Assembly (NCBI RefSeq): GCF_001194135.2
Contig: NC_068982.1
Span: 164,922,225 to 164,986,224, forward strand
Length of the DNA: 64,000 nucleotides
Reading direction: 5' to 3'
Origin: Octopus bimaculoides
Taxonomy: Eukaryota
The notes under the pieces were generated by a model. The model was not told the origin of the DNA and ran no database searches. It saw nothing but the letters and a program-made list of their open reading frames with translations. Positions 10,136 through 23,939 of the stretch are shown one piece after another (positions within the stretch are counted from its first letter, which is position 1; each line of letters begins with the position of its first letter). The position numbers and the translations under genes were made by a program.

Positions 10136-13100
10136 AGATAGATAGATAGATACATACATACATACATAGGATAATATTTTTTTCTTTCTCTGAATATGCT
10201 TTCTACGTCTGTTTGTGCTTGAAAGTATATGTATTTGTGTGCATGTAAAGAGAAACGCGTATATACTCACAATATTATATATATTATTGGTAATTCAAAA
10301 AGTTGTGGTAATAATTCCACGCTCATCAGAAGTCTACGCAATGAGTTGTCAATTTTGATATTGAAATTATACATTTATCAGTAAAGCAGAGATATATAAG
10401 AAATAATTCAAATAGCAATAATAAATGGCAAATAGAGAATATGTTGTTCTGGGCTTGACAGCTTGTCATTATAAAGATACTCTTGCAGTTGATTAATAAA
10501 CATCGATAAACAACTCGGTTGCAAAATGACAGTACTTTTACATTCATGGACTCGCTCACACACAAATATATATTATAAGCAAGTGCACGCACATGCATAT
10601 ATAATTATGTTTGCGCGTGTTAGTGTGTATATACACACATACACACACACAAACACACACACAGAGAAACACACATATACATACATGTGTGTGTGTATGT
10701 TTGTGTGTTTGTGCGTGTGTATGTGTGTGTGTATGTGCAGTTGTTTATAATTATCTATGTGCGAGAGGGTTGACCTTGCGTGTCCATATGTGTCTGCATT
10801 CTTTATTGATTTGCTTATTGTCACGCTATATTTGAAAGAACGTGCAATTCCTTAGACACAGTCACCGATTAAATTGTGCATACACACAGTGGAATAGGTG
10901 TAATATATAGCGATAAATATTAGCATGCATATCTGCTTGCAGAAATCGCACACAGTATAGAGAGGATATCATATAAACGCATAACGTAATACTTACTGTC
11001 TGAGATATACTGGGGTAAACTTGGAAAAGTGCATTTAAGTAGATCCACTTGTGTACTCACACACACACATAATGCATACATACATACATGTGGGGTGCGC
11101 GCGCGCTGTTATGTTTATATATGTGTGTATGTAAGTGATTTGCATTCACATATCTATACACATATATTCATATGTGTGTGTATAGGTGTCGGAATTGTGA
11201 TGACTTTTGCGCATGTCCACTATATGTTTTTTCTTTATTCCGTGTATACCTTTGTCGTCATCCTGTGCTACATTAACGTGCGTGCATGCATACCTGTGTG
11301 AATTTGTATGTATTTTGGATAAATGTATTTAGTTTGGAGGTGCTTACATGTATTTCCATTTCACTATAATCGCTAAATGTAGAATTTGCCCTCTGCAGCA
11401 AAACAATAACCCATTCCCCAAATTTAACCTCTCTCTAATAATATCAATTAAAACCTGTCATTTCAACCAGAATAAAGTTCATCTCCAATAATTCCACCTT
11501 CTCCAAACTGTTTGATTTAAATCCTGAGTAACTGTCAAAAATATATTGAGTTAAAGAGTGTTTCAACCTATGTTTACACCCACCTAAAGCTTTCAGATAC
11601 CTACACCGTGACTTGGATTTTCAAAGGGGCTACTCACCCCACAACACTCACCCATCCAATCAACCTAATCCTATATAAACTAGACACATTTAATCTCCCC
11701 AACAATTGTGAAGAATCTAGCTCAGGACAAGACCTTGGGTAAATCATCAACTTTTGATATATTGAACAGATGTGCAGCGTGCATGCACACACATATACAC
11801 ACATAAACTCACATACATATATGTATAAATAACACTTTTAATTATCAAACCTGGAGTACTGACAAAATATTCCTCTTCAGAACTAACCGAAATAATAGAA
11901 TAATAGGATATAATAGTTCTCTCGATATACTGTCTTTATTCAACAGAATAATATAATTACTTATACCATTATCATAAAAGTTTACACGACGACCACATAG
12001 AAATATCTATAGCATTCATTTTCTAAATGTATGTTGTTGTATAAACCATTGATACTACAATAGTTTATTCAGGCTTCAGAAGGAAGGTCACCGGCGAATT
12101 GCTATCGAATTTTACTTAAACGTAGGATTAGCTATACACTTGGTAGCATATAATGATCTACCAAATGTTTCAAACATTATAGATACTCCCCTAGAAATTT
12201 TGCGGAACGAATATAACGAAATCAGCTGTTTTTTTTTATGTTCATAAGCAGAACAGCTTGAAGTTTCCTCTTTATGAATTCAGCCGAGTAAACTTGTTTT
12301 TAGATTTTTCTCAACTGCATTTTTCTTTCTAATATCTTTTAGTACTTTCATCTTGAAACTGAATACTCTGGAAATGTATCTGGTGATTCATCTAATATCA
12401 GCATCAACTTCTGACCACTATGGATCACATGGTGTAAAATGGAATTTTGATATAGATACCAATTACAACCAATTAGTGTGTCACTTTACAATTCGTCTGT
12501 GAGGCCTTAATGCTAATCTGATTTTAGTTCCTACTGATCATTTCTACCCAATCAAGCCTACCATATTCGTTCTTATAGTTTACCTTAAACCCGAAACATT
12601 TCAAAATCTATTATCTTATGTATTATTATGTGCGCAAAATAATCCAGCATTGCAAGTGTTTATTATTCACCACAATTAGCGACATGTATGAAACACTCAA
12701 AATTCTTGAGCCTAACTGCAAAACCTTCATTCTGATACGGTAGCTACTTTTTATACTCCACATAGAATTGTTGTTAATTTATGAAAAAATAGGATCATTA
12801 GAGTTTCTCATAGACTATGAAATATTGATAGCATTGACATTTTGCGAACAAGAATTGCTGAGTTAACTCGTAGTATGTAAATGTTCATTTTTTCGCTATT
12901 TTCAAACAACCAGTCGTTTTGTATACGTACCACAATTCGTTTATTCAAATGTTGCATAATATGGGTTCGATGTTTAGTTGGAAATTTCAATCAGATTTTT
13001 AAATTTCGGCAAAGGAATATTGCATTAAAGAAATGCAATAATCCATTTTAAAGAAATAGGAATACACCGCTTTTTATATGCAGTGTCTGTGTCATGAGAT

Positions 13101-14539
13101 GCCATACTCGTAGTATGTCCCACATGAAGTGAAAGTTAATCGCATTCGGTGTTGCATTTCCTGTTTACGCTTATTCTTTCTTTATTGCTTGTATTACGGT
13201 AGTTCATACAGATGAAATGCATGCATATTAAAATTGAAATGTTTGTATCAAAAAGGAAAACAAGAATACAATTACAAGCATACGAATATAGAATATTTAA
13301 CAGAATCTCAAGTTTGGTCCAACAGTTTATGTCAAACTTTCAATAATTACCTTTATAACAGAAAAAAAAAAGAAACAAGAAAAACGATCTATGGCGTACT
13401 GCAGCTAGTAGGAAACACAACTCACCTTCTCACATTACATTGCGCAGTGTGTAAGGGATCATTTGCAAATAATGTTGGAGACTTGCGCTCAATGAACAAC
13501 AAACACACACACATAAGAGGCTAATTTGATTCTGGGACAAGAGCGTGAGAACCGGTAATTGCTGATAACGAATAGGCCGTGCACCAGCACCGTAGAAAAA
13601 TGTAATTAATGTATTATTAAGTGACAAGCTATATAAAATAGAAACAGTGCGTTAAAATGCAATCCAATTATAATGTTGCCCAATTATTTACACTAAGTAA
13701 TAACCTATGATGGCTCTAAATGCTGTTGTGTGATAGCCCAATATTTGTATACAGTCGCTTGGTCTCGTATGCAACTAATAGGATCATAAATATTATATTT
13801 ATTGAATCTCTTGAGGAGAAGCGTCTGTTAAGGGCCTATTAAGTTTGAAAGGAAATATATCTTATAGTCTTAACCTTAATATTTCAGAGTTTTAAAATGA
13901 TGACAGCGTTGCTAGATGCTCATGTAGGAGATATATTTCCAATGGAAGCAATATACATAATAATTATTCTTGGCTGTGAAACTTTAGACTTACGCATTAT
14001 TGATGTATACTACATAGCAAAATATGCTGTAGATATAGTAAAAGTCGACATAATATGTAAACGAAAATTATATTAAGGTTTTATTTAGACTTAAAAAAAA
14101 AATACTAAAACAAATAGCTTTGGTTTAAAAGAATAACATGATCAATACATTATTTTATCGTGAAATATTAAATAACTGTGTCATTTAAATTTCTGTAATG
14201 ATCAAACAGTGTTAATATATTTACCCGTCAAGTGTGCAAACGAAAGTTTTGCAGTCTGCATAGATAGAGCGGGTAGTATTTTCAATTTCATTTGGTATGA
14301 CATAGGTAGAAATAATCTGAAGCATCTGCTCATGATAGACAGTCAAAAGCTTTCTGAAAGCCACAAACAGACGTATAATTCTTTGCTGATATGGCTTCAG
14401 TGAGTTGTTAAAAAGTCAAGATGGGTTCATGTGTGGAACGGTCTTTGCGAAGCCGTTTTGGTTTGATTTGAGTAGCTTTCTGATAGAGTCTCGAATGTTG
14501 AGCTTGAATTCCAATGGAACTTGACTGGTAATATTCGCC

Positions 14540-16180
14540 GAATTTAGAGTCGAATTACCTTATTCTCAAACAGGGTCTACGTGCAGTAAATGAAAAACTA
14601 CGTTATTGTAAAAAATTACATGAACAAAAAAACGATAAACCGAAAGTTTTCCCGAAACCTACAAGCTGTATATCGCAGTATGGAGGGCGGCACCATCAAA
14701 GCAGTAAAGTCTTCTCCCCAGGAAGACCTAGAGTCATTCTGGCGGGGAATATGGAATGTAAACAAAGCACACAACTGCGATGAAACATGGTTAAACACCC
14801 TACGAAGTGAGTAGTGTGTAAATGCCTCTTCCAAAACATACAACATCACCAGTGAAACATTCCTGACGCTTATCATGAAATTGCCGAATGGAAAATCATC
14901 TAGGGGAGACCTGATAGTCGGCTACTAGTATAAAAAGGTCACGTTCTACAGAGAAATTCTTACGAACTCGTTTAAAATAAACAATGGACGATGAGCTAAA
15001 TATACCAGACTGGCTGACGGTTGCATGGACTACTCTTGCCCCAAGAACAAAGAGATCCCTGTGGCCCAAAAATAATTAGAACTAATCACATTAGAGATAA
15101 TTAGAACTAATCACAACATTCTCACGAGTTTGGGCAAGGTAAATGCTTATACATGATAGTCAACCGAGGAATGACTGTCAGCCAGAGGAGAGAAGATGTA
15201 CATCACCAGTTTGACTATCTCCCCTATCTTATATGATGAAAGCTACAAATACCTCGGAATCGATGAGAATGTTGCATACATTTGTGATGTAACTAAGACC
15301 AGAATAACAAAAGAGTACTTTTGTAGACTCCGGAAAATATGGAACTCAGAGCTGACTACATTTAACAAAATGATATTTCACAATGCTTTTGCAGTCCCCG
15401 TGCTAGTACTAACATTTCTGATATTGAAATGGACACTCGAGGAGATACTCAGCCTGGACATGGAAACCAGAACGGTACTGACCACCACGAGCAAATTCCA
15501 CATTAAGTGTGACTCCGATTTACGTGAGACAAAATGATAGCGATAGATGCATAATGTCAGTCCAGACAGCCTTTGAATGTTTCATTGTATCACTCAGACA
15601 GCACCTGTTGAACGGTAAAGAAAGAAATGAGTACTCAAAAGTGAGAGCAACATCTACAGAGGTGGAGAAGAACTACTGTGCAGGTACTCTAAGAATATAA
15701 CTATCTTCTGCAACCCAAAGGAGGCTGTACTGGCCTACCTAAATAGAGATTTAGAGGAGAAGCAGGCTTCATGCCAACAAAAGACAATGCATGGGTACAT
15801 ATCCCGTAAGCTAGAGTAAAACGACATTCACAGGAAGACTAGCCCCTCCTGGACCTGCGATAGATACATTACATTCGACCTCGACGCATATGCCTTCCCC
15901 ATCCAGAAACATATCTATTAAATACCTGATAAACAAGAGGGACAGAGATACTACTACCTTCCGATAAAAAACGTCGGCTCTGCTATACCAGTGTGGACAA
16001 TAACACCCAAATCGACAGCAGCTTCCCCAGAATATCTACGAAATACTACCTGCCTCCTGAGGTATGATACAGTTGCAAAATCTATTTACAATGCTATTAG
16101 TGGAAGGACTGCCTTGACGGATACAGCAAAGGCATGTCAGAAACAGCAGGTATTCACGCCTTTAAAAACAAAGAATACTG
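14540..16180 (+). mobile_element. R4/Dong-clade RLE LINE remnant with RT core deleted
   Basis: INRKFSRNLQAVYRSMEG..LESFWRGIW; PKNKEIPVAQ joined directly to EFGQGKCLYM; YKYLGIDEN..RLRKIWNSEL..NAFAVPVL; decayed CCHC region near 15970-16090. Homologous to 34057-40110. Confidence 0.88.
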
Positions 16181-17324
16181 GTGGACACACTCACACACGC
16201 ACACATTTACGTGTATGTAAATAATATATCTTATAGCTTCGAATATGGTTTAGTCTCATAAGTATATACACATATGCACGCTAGTTTACATGTATATAAC
16301 AGAAAGACAAATAGAGTTATCTTTTATATCCCTTCTCCCTTCATTTTTATCTCCCAATTACCTATGGTTGTATCACAATCATAAATCTATAGGTTCTGTT
16401 TTTGATTTGGTACTGTTGGTAGTAGAGGATGTGGAACAATAACATAACCCAGAGAAAACTGGCAAAGCATATTAAAAAAAAATTATTAGTGGTTTTATTA
16501 AATTTATTAACGAACATAATCTTATTTAAATTTCATACTATGTGAAACAGATTTGAAGTACTAACTTCCACCCATCTTCTTTCACTCAGTCTCTCAAGCC
16601 ACTTTCTCTTCATCTCTCATTCGCTCACCCGCTCAGGCTCTGTGTTTTCATTTTCATTTTCATTCATCCTCTCTTCTACTTTTTATCTATTATACTGTCT
16701 TGGCAGCAGATTAAAGAGCGGAATCTAAATTTCAACAGATAATAACTATTGTTAAATATAAGACTTGCTTTGCTCTATTTATCATATATATATATATATA
16801 TATATATANNNNNNNNNNNNNNNNNNNNNNNNNNNNNNNNNNNNNNNNNNNNNNNNNNNNNNNNNNNNNNNNNNNNNNNNNNNNNNNNNNNNNNNNNNNN
16901 NNNNNNNNNNNNNNNNNNNNNNNNNNNNNNNNNNNNNNNNNNNNNNNNNNNNNNNNNNNNNNNNNNNNNNNNNNNNNNNNNNNNNNNNNNNNNNNNNNNN
17001 NNNNNNNNNNNNNNNNNNNNNNNNNNNNNNNNNNNNNNNNNNNNNNNNNNNNNNNNNNNNNNNNNNNNNNNNNNNNNNNNNNNNNNNNNNNNNNNNNNNN
17101 NATACATACATATACATATATATACACACACATATATGTGTATGTGTGGTGTGTGTGTGTGTGTGATATTGTATACATATAGCATAATATCTCTTTAGAC
17201 ATCTACATTTCTGTTTGTCTTACTAACTATTTGTTTATCTATCTATTTATCTGGCATTCTTCCTGCCCGAGTGTATATATTTCAACAATGTATCTAACTT
17301 TCCCTTACTCAGTGTATGTATGCA

Positions 17325-17490
17325 TGTACAGGCGTTGATGGGCGGTATGGATCTTACTTCACATTCCCAACTTTGTGGTCTTGGGTTCAGTCCCAAGCGA
17401 ATCCCTTTGGGCAAGTATCTTCCAAAATAACTTCGGAGAGACCAAGGCTTTGAGTAGAGTCGGTGGTTAAAATGTGAAAGAAGCTCGTCG
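17325..17490 (+). mobile_element. tRNA-derived SINE family B, diverged 5' half
   Basis: gggttcagtccca..ctttgggcaagtatcttc..gaccaaggctttgagt..gaaagaagctcgtcgtat matches the head of family B. Confidence 0.7.
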
Positions 17491-17494
17491 TATG

Positions 17495-17578
<84 letters not shown>

Positions 17579-17620
17579 TACTGCTACTACTACTACTACT
17601 AATAATAATAATAATGATGT
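17495..17620. repeat. Compound (CA)n-(TA)n-(CTA)n-(TAA)n microsatellite
   Basis: Direct reading. Confidence 0.95.
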
Positions 17621-17890
17621 AGTGAAAGCGGTAATCCCCTACTTACGTGACAAAGTAGTAGAGTCATTGTACGACTTGTCAGTTGGAGTCAGTAATTTTT
17701 ATGTGTTATATGCTAGTTCGAGTTACCCTCAAGGTAGACATTTCATAGTCATTCTCTTGCGGAGTCATCAGGGATAGCACAATAGACGAGTCAAAGATAA
17801 GACTCGGAATACCGACACAACATAATAGTGCCGACAGTAACATACAAGTGGACGAGGATCCACATTAGAGCAAATAATAATAATAATAAT

Positions 17891-18346
17891 CTTTTTACTC
17901 TTTTACTCTTTTACATGTTTCAGTCATTTGACTGCGGCCATGCTGGAGCACCGCCTTTAGTCGAGCAAATCGACCCTAGGACTTATTCTTTGTAAGCCTA
18001 GTACTTATTCTATCGGTTTCTTTTGCCGAACGGCTAAGTTACGGGGACGTAAACACACCAGCATTGGTTGTCAAGCGATGTTGGGGGGACAAACACAGAC
18101 ACACAAGCATATACACACACATAATATATATATATGCGGCGGGCTTCTTTCAGTTTCCGTCTACCAAATCCACTCACAAGGCTTTGGTCGGCTCGAGGCC
18201 ATAGTAGAAGANNNNNNNNNNCACAAGGCTTTGGTCGGCTCGAGGCCATAGTAGAAGACACTTGCCCAAGGTGCCACGCAGTGGGACTGAAACCGGAACC
18301 ATACGGTTGGTAAGCAAGCTACTTACCACACTGCTACTCCTGCGCC
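17891..18346 (-). mobile_element. tRNA-derived SINE family B (GGCGCAGGAGTGGCTGTGTGGTAAG type), full length, inserted in a (TAA)n array
   Basis: Minus strand: tRNA-like head, GGCACCTTGGGCAAGTGTCTTC core, internal microsatellite, AGTAAAAG-repeat tail; TAA repeats on both sides. Confidence 0.92.

Positions 18347-18405
<59 letters not shown>
18347..18405. repeat. (TAA)n microsatellite
   Basis: About 19 units. Confidence 0.97.
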
Positions 18406-18406
<1 letters not shown>

Positions 18407-18930
18407 TTACCTTTGGAAACATGGGTGTTTTGCACAACATCCTTAAACAAACCTTATTCAGGGACCTTCTGAGCTGGATGGGCTACTCGACCTGAAGAAA
18501 ACTCTAACTGTGCCCCACCTGCGAGGTCATGCGCCGTTTATCTTCATATGAGATCACCATGTCGCACACATATGGTTGTGATGCATGTGCCTGGTGTACC
18601 CTTATCAGACGGGTAGTCATGATGGGTATAACGGGCTTCGTATATTTTATCCCAGCGTCACTTTGATGGCATGCACTGCTCTCTCACTCAATAATAATGA
18701 TGATGATGATGATGAAGTATCAGACAGTGACTTTCATGACTTCTAATCTTAACTGACTGGAAGTCTTATCATGTACATTACTTTGTCTTAGTATAAAAGA
18801 AAGGCTACAGCAAATATTCTCCTGAATACCACAGATTTGCTTGTCAGTTATTTAACCTTAAACAGTTGAACATGTCCTTTAGTGGCTGACGATATGTGCA
18901 TCTCTGATCACGAGCAGAAGTAGTGTGAAA
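18406..18930 (+). mobile_element. Retroposon 3'-end-like interspersed repeat fragments with (AAT)/(GAT) tail
   Basis: 18406-18692 starts right after (TAA)n and ends ctctctcactc-AATAATAAT-(GAT)n; 18715-18930 looks like a second repeat fragment. No ORF; family assignment from memory only. Confidence 0.45.
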
Positions 18931-18934
18931 TTTC

Positions 18935-19198
18935 ATACGTAGCTAGTCAATTTTTGCATTTCTTTTATTGCTTGGCCGAAAAGAAGGAAGGTAGTTTGCA
19001 TAACGTCTCGAAGCCGCGCCCACATAACCCGATGCAAATCTTCTTTTCAATTGATTTATCTTGAAGCGTAGCTGTAACTTCAGCCTCGTATATGACAGAG
19101 TTTATCATACACGCCTGGTCAAGTGGGCAAGCTGCAGGGTCTCGACAGTTACAACTTGGAGTGTTCTCTTTGTGGTTTTCACAAGTTATAGTGTTCTT
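18935..19198 (-). mobile_element. Penelope-like GIY-YIG endonuclease fragment
   Basis: Minus translation NHKENTPSCNCRDPAACPLDQACMINSVIYEAEVTATLQDKSIEKKICIGLCG, then frameshifted ..RYANYLPSFRPSNKRNA; runs into an N gap. Confidence 0.88.
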
Positions 19199-20374
19199 NN
19201 NNNNNNNNNNNNNNNNNNNNNNNNNNNNNNNNNNNNNNNNNNNNNNNNNNNNNNNNNNNNNNNNNNNNNNNNNNNNNNNNNNNNNNNNNNNNNNNNNNNN
19301 NNNNNNNNNNNNNNNNNNNNNNNNNNNNNNNNNNNNNNNNNNNNNNNNNNNTATGGAGAAAAGAAGTGTATCTCCACACAGGAAGGAAAATATGAGAGTT
19401 TGTTTTGGGGTTGAAAATGCATTGAGTATTAAATCATTTGGTCGTTTTTGAATTGTGTAATAGTGTTATAAAAATACCTGTTTCGGCAATTTTTTTGTTT
19501 ATCAATGGTAAATAAGAAATTAAATAAGTTTTTTAAGAGAGGTTAACGTTAGAAGGGAAATAACGCAAAAAAAAAAATTGCTTAAAAGATCAAATGTTCA
19601 TAAAAAATCCAATAATCAATGAGTTTCACAGATATAGGCGATAACGCAAGTTCAAATGTTCAATGAATTTCATAACATTGATGCATGATGGAAAACTCAG
19701 TAATATTGAGTTATATCAACAATTAGATACGATGAAGTTTTTAAAAGAGTTAGAAGAAAAGGAAGATAAAAAAAAAAAAAATTACGATTTCTGTCATAGT
19801 GCATGAAGAAGGATTCCTCGTCGCTGGTTTTTGCTTGTGAGAATTTGAACTGCTTTAAGTTAAAATTGCTTTGTATATATCGGCTTTTACGGCAAAGAGT
19901 AAAGTTCAGATCGGTTATAAATTTAAGGACGTCACTTTATTTTGTCCGTCTGTAGTCAAGTGCTTTGAATGGCGCTTTTACGGATATTTTCGTAAAATAT
20001 TTTTGTTTGGCCCAGCGTTCTTGCTGGTTGACTTCCCGGTGAGGTCTTATTTGTCGACTGTCTTGAACCCTTGCATTTGACCAGTAGAGATCCAGTGCTG
20101 TGTTTGGTTGGTATTCTGCTTAATGAGTAGAAGCATTTATTCTGCTGTTAGCTAAATGGAAAATTTTGTACAAAACAGAAATTCGACACAGTAACACACC
20201 TGAATGCTTTAAACCACTACCCTTTAAACTTATCTCAGGTCGGTGTCTTACTGTAAGAGTAATAACATTCCCTATATATATATATATATATATATAAACA
20301 ATATATGAGTATATGCATATATATGTACATGTATGTATATACGTTCATCTACATGTACATATAGATACATAACT

Positions 20375-20495
20375 AGGTACATGACGTGGCAAAAGAACAA
20401 GGACAAAATGGTAAACAAGGTGCAACAAACAAGCAGGCCACATAGAAACATCCCCTTCATCAGCTGCCACCATTAAAACTCCGGCGTTTCGAAGA
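20375..20495. repeat. Short TA-flanked module related to 58375-58750 and 61745-62125
   Basis: Shares the A-rich arm, CCCTTCATCAG and GTTTCG layout; abuts (TA)n. Confidence 0.5.
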
Positions 20496-21067
20496 ATATA
20501 TATATATATAAGNNNNNNNNNNNNNNNNNNNNNNNNNNNNNNNNNNNNNNNNNNNNNNNNNNNNNNNNNNNNNNNNNNNNNNNNNNNNNNNNNNNNNNNN
20601 NNNNNNNNNNNNNNNNNNNNNNNNNNNNNNNNNNNNNNNNNNNNNNNNNNNNNNNNNNNNNNNNNNNNNNNNNNNNNNNNNNNNNNNNNNNNNNNNNNNN
20701 NNNNNNNNNNNNNNNNNNNNNNNNNNNNNNNNNNNNNNNNNNNNNNNNNNNNNNNNNNNNNNNNNNNNNNNNNNNNNNNNNNNNNNNNNNNNNNNNNNNN
20801 NNNNNNNNNNNNNNNNNNNNNNNNNNNNNNNNNNNNNNNNNNNNNNNNNNNNNNNNNNNNNNNNNNNNNNNNNNNNNNNNNNNNNNNNNNNNNNNNNNNN
20901 NNNNNNNNNNNNNNNNNNNNNNNNNNNNNNNNNNNNNNNNNNNNNNNNNNNNNNNNNNNNNNNNNNNNNNNNNNNNNNNNNNNNNNNNNNNNNNNNNNNN
21001 NNNNNNNNNNNNNNNNNNNNNNNNNNNNNNNNNNNNNNNNNNNNNNNNNNNNNNNNNNNNNNNNNNN

Positions 21068-21105
<38 letters not shown>

Positions 21106-23329
21106 TGTGTGTGTGTGTGTGTGTATAGGTATATATGTGCATAGATGTATGTACATGTATATATGTATATATATGAATATAAATAAAACATAAAAAACAG
21201 AGTTGGAACTCTTTTAAATAATATATTCCGCTATACACGATCATACAAAACCCCTTTTTTTATATCTTTTTATTTTTATTTTTATTCACATATATATGTA
21301 TATACATATGTACGTATACATAGAATATATTATATATGCAAATACTCACATACACACACATACACACATATATCATACTTATATATCTAAACTTATATGC
21401 ATATAAATGTATGTGTCAGTGTGCGTGTATGTGCACGCGCGTGTGTGTATGTGTGTGTGTGCGCGCGCGCTAAGTAAATAAAACTACGTGTTTTTGGATA
21501 CGGTTTCGTTGATGTAGACTTGCAAACATTTCTACTGAACATCAATTAGAAATGTTACAATAAATAAATAAATAAATAACAACCTATGACACTGAGTTCG
21601 ACCATGTGACACCTAGAGTGTTCAAACTGAAACTCCCCTCCCAGACTGAGAATTGTTGAGTCAACAGACAACTGACAATAGCGATTCATGTCAGTCTTGT
21701 AGATATCATGATTTCCCATCACTCACTGTCAACTGTCAAACATTAACTGACTTCATACTTACTGTGACCTAATTTCTGGATCACTGGTTCGAACATTTTA
21801 CTATTCTTTCCCAATTAATTTCCTTATAATTTGTTGGTGAGCTATTATCTACCATCTAGTTTATTTAGTTTGTTTTTAAATTTTGTCCGCATCCGTAAAG
21901 CAATCTTTTATGGTTAAAATAGCATTTCATCTGGTTATGATTAATTCGAACATTGGGTTTTTAAACAACAGAAAATAACTTAATAGAATTGTATGCACTC
22001 CTGCCTGCCTGCACACGAGTGTGTGTGTGTGTGTGTGCATGTATGTGTGTGTGTGTGCTTATGTGTGTGTGTATTTGTGTGTAATGCTGATATTTAAGGC
22101 TTTGTTCTATACCTTTGCCAATTATTATAAACGCGTGATTGAATATATTTAAGCATGTATTTGATGTGTGTGTGCGTTTATACACACACACACACAGACT
22201 TATATGTACGTATGTATGTTACATATCTTCATATATGTGTACATATATGTATGTATATAGCGGTATTTATGTTAAACATTTTCACATTGCATAAAACTCT
22301 GTATGTATTCCCTTCTCTCTCTCTCTCTCCCTCTCTCTCTCTCCCCCCCTCTCTCTCTCTCTCTCTTCGTGTTTCTGTATGATTATGTTATTTTTCATTT
22401 ATCTGAAATCATGAAAGTATCAGGCTGCATATGTATATGCTCTCTCAAGCTAGCTTCAATGTATCTCTACATATGATCATGTGTGTGAATCGGCATGACG
22501 GATTGGATGAATGAACAAAGAATGTGCCTAGAACACAATGATGATAGTTGCACTGAATTGCGATTATATAGTAGTCATGCTTGTTCTTTGAAACACCCAT
22601 GTTTTTATGAATAGAAGACATAACAATAAAAGAGAGAAACGTTCTTTGTAGAAATATTGGTTGCGAATACACTGATCTATTTTGTTGATGATTTAGTCCC
22701 TGCTTCTTTGGTTGCGCAGCTTTATGTAGTCGAGACATCTTCAATGGAGACGACAAAGCTTAACAATAAATGCGTGAATTCCTGAGGTGAAAGAAGATCG
22801 AAGTCAAATAGATGAAGATGTGTACATGCACGCATACGTACGCCCAAACACCCTAAAAAATACAAAAATATATGCGTTCGCGCGCAGACATATATGTATA
22901 CTCGTGCTTGTGAATGATTGTGTTCGTGCTTGTCATGCTGTTTCTAAATACTTTGTTGAACACTTCAATGCTACAGCTTTTAACCCTTTAGAGTGATATG
23001 TAGGTGAGTAATGTATGTACAAATTGTGACCAATCAATGAAGGTTTTTCAGATGCATTGAATATTATTACAACGTGAATGAATAAAAAGTTAAACATTTG
23101 GTTAAATTTCATTTTATTACAGTCTAACATAACTATCTTAATTTATTCAGTGCGTTGATTACATTAAACAAAATAAAGTGTGTTAAAACATTGTACTCGT
23201 TAGTTCTTTTGTTAAATAAAAAAATTTAAAAAATATATACAGATTTCTAATTGTGCATTTCGAGATCATTTCCATTTTCCAATAAAGTATATTTGTGTTA
23301 TTTGATAAAGATAGGAGTGCTTTCATTAA

Positions 23330-23760
23330 AGAACCCTGACCCAAGTTCAAACCATATTTGCTGAATTATTGTTTGAAGGCTGCGGAGAGTTTTCCTCTCT
23401 GATTTCTTTCGTGGGTTCGTTAAATAAAATTTGGACCAGCTGAAGTACAAGGTTGTGGATGCTTGTTATATGAAATGGATTCGATTTTGTACGCACATAG
23501 GCTTAGCCTTGTGTAATTTACGATACCAACTTTAATACGGTAATGTTAATAGAATATTTTCCGTATTGTACATATGATATAACGCTGGCAACGGTGTTAT
23601 AGAAAATAGATTTTGTTCCCTTCCTATATTGTGCTCTTGTTTCGACAGAGATGTCTTGTTTCTTGGTTGCGAGAAGAAACCAGCAAGCATTACTGTAACA
23701 AGCGAGAATGAAAAATCGTGGTCGATTTTGTCAGTTAGAATAGTGAGTGGGTTCAGCAAT
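23330..23760 (-). mobile_element. CR1/L2-like LINE 3' fragment, highly decayed
   Basis: Minus translation ..RCQRYIICTIRKIFY..CTSAGPNFI..AAFKQ resembles 55850-56215. Confidence 0.55.
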
Positions 23761-23895
23761 CTTTAATTTCTTCGATGGGATCGAAGGGTAGTAGTATTGA
23801 AATTGTGAACGTTATGATACTTGCTAGTGGTGTGTTTCGTATATATATTTGTAATTTCTTGGAGGTATGTGAAGACACAGTCACGTTGGAAATAT

Positions 23896-23897
<2 letters not shown>

Positions 23898-23928
<31 letters not shown>
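23898..23928. repeat. (TC)n microsatellite at the 5' junction of the CRE element
   Basis: Direct reading. Confidence 0.95.
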
Positions 23929-23933
<5 letters not shown>

Positions 23934-23939
23934 CCTCGT

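Noticed and set aside
11400-11760. Possible CR1/L2 3' fragment
   Set aside because: Only vague compositional similarity; no motif could be read.
17725-17775. CTGATGA...GAAA on the minus strand
   Set aside because: Stems I-III cannot be formed around the core; chance match.
18175-18257. 37-bp direct repeat inside the SINE
   Set aside because: The copies flank a 10-N gap; an unmerged contig overlap (assembly artefact).
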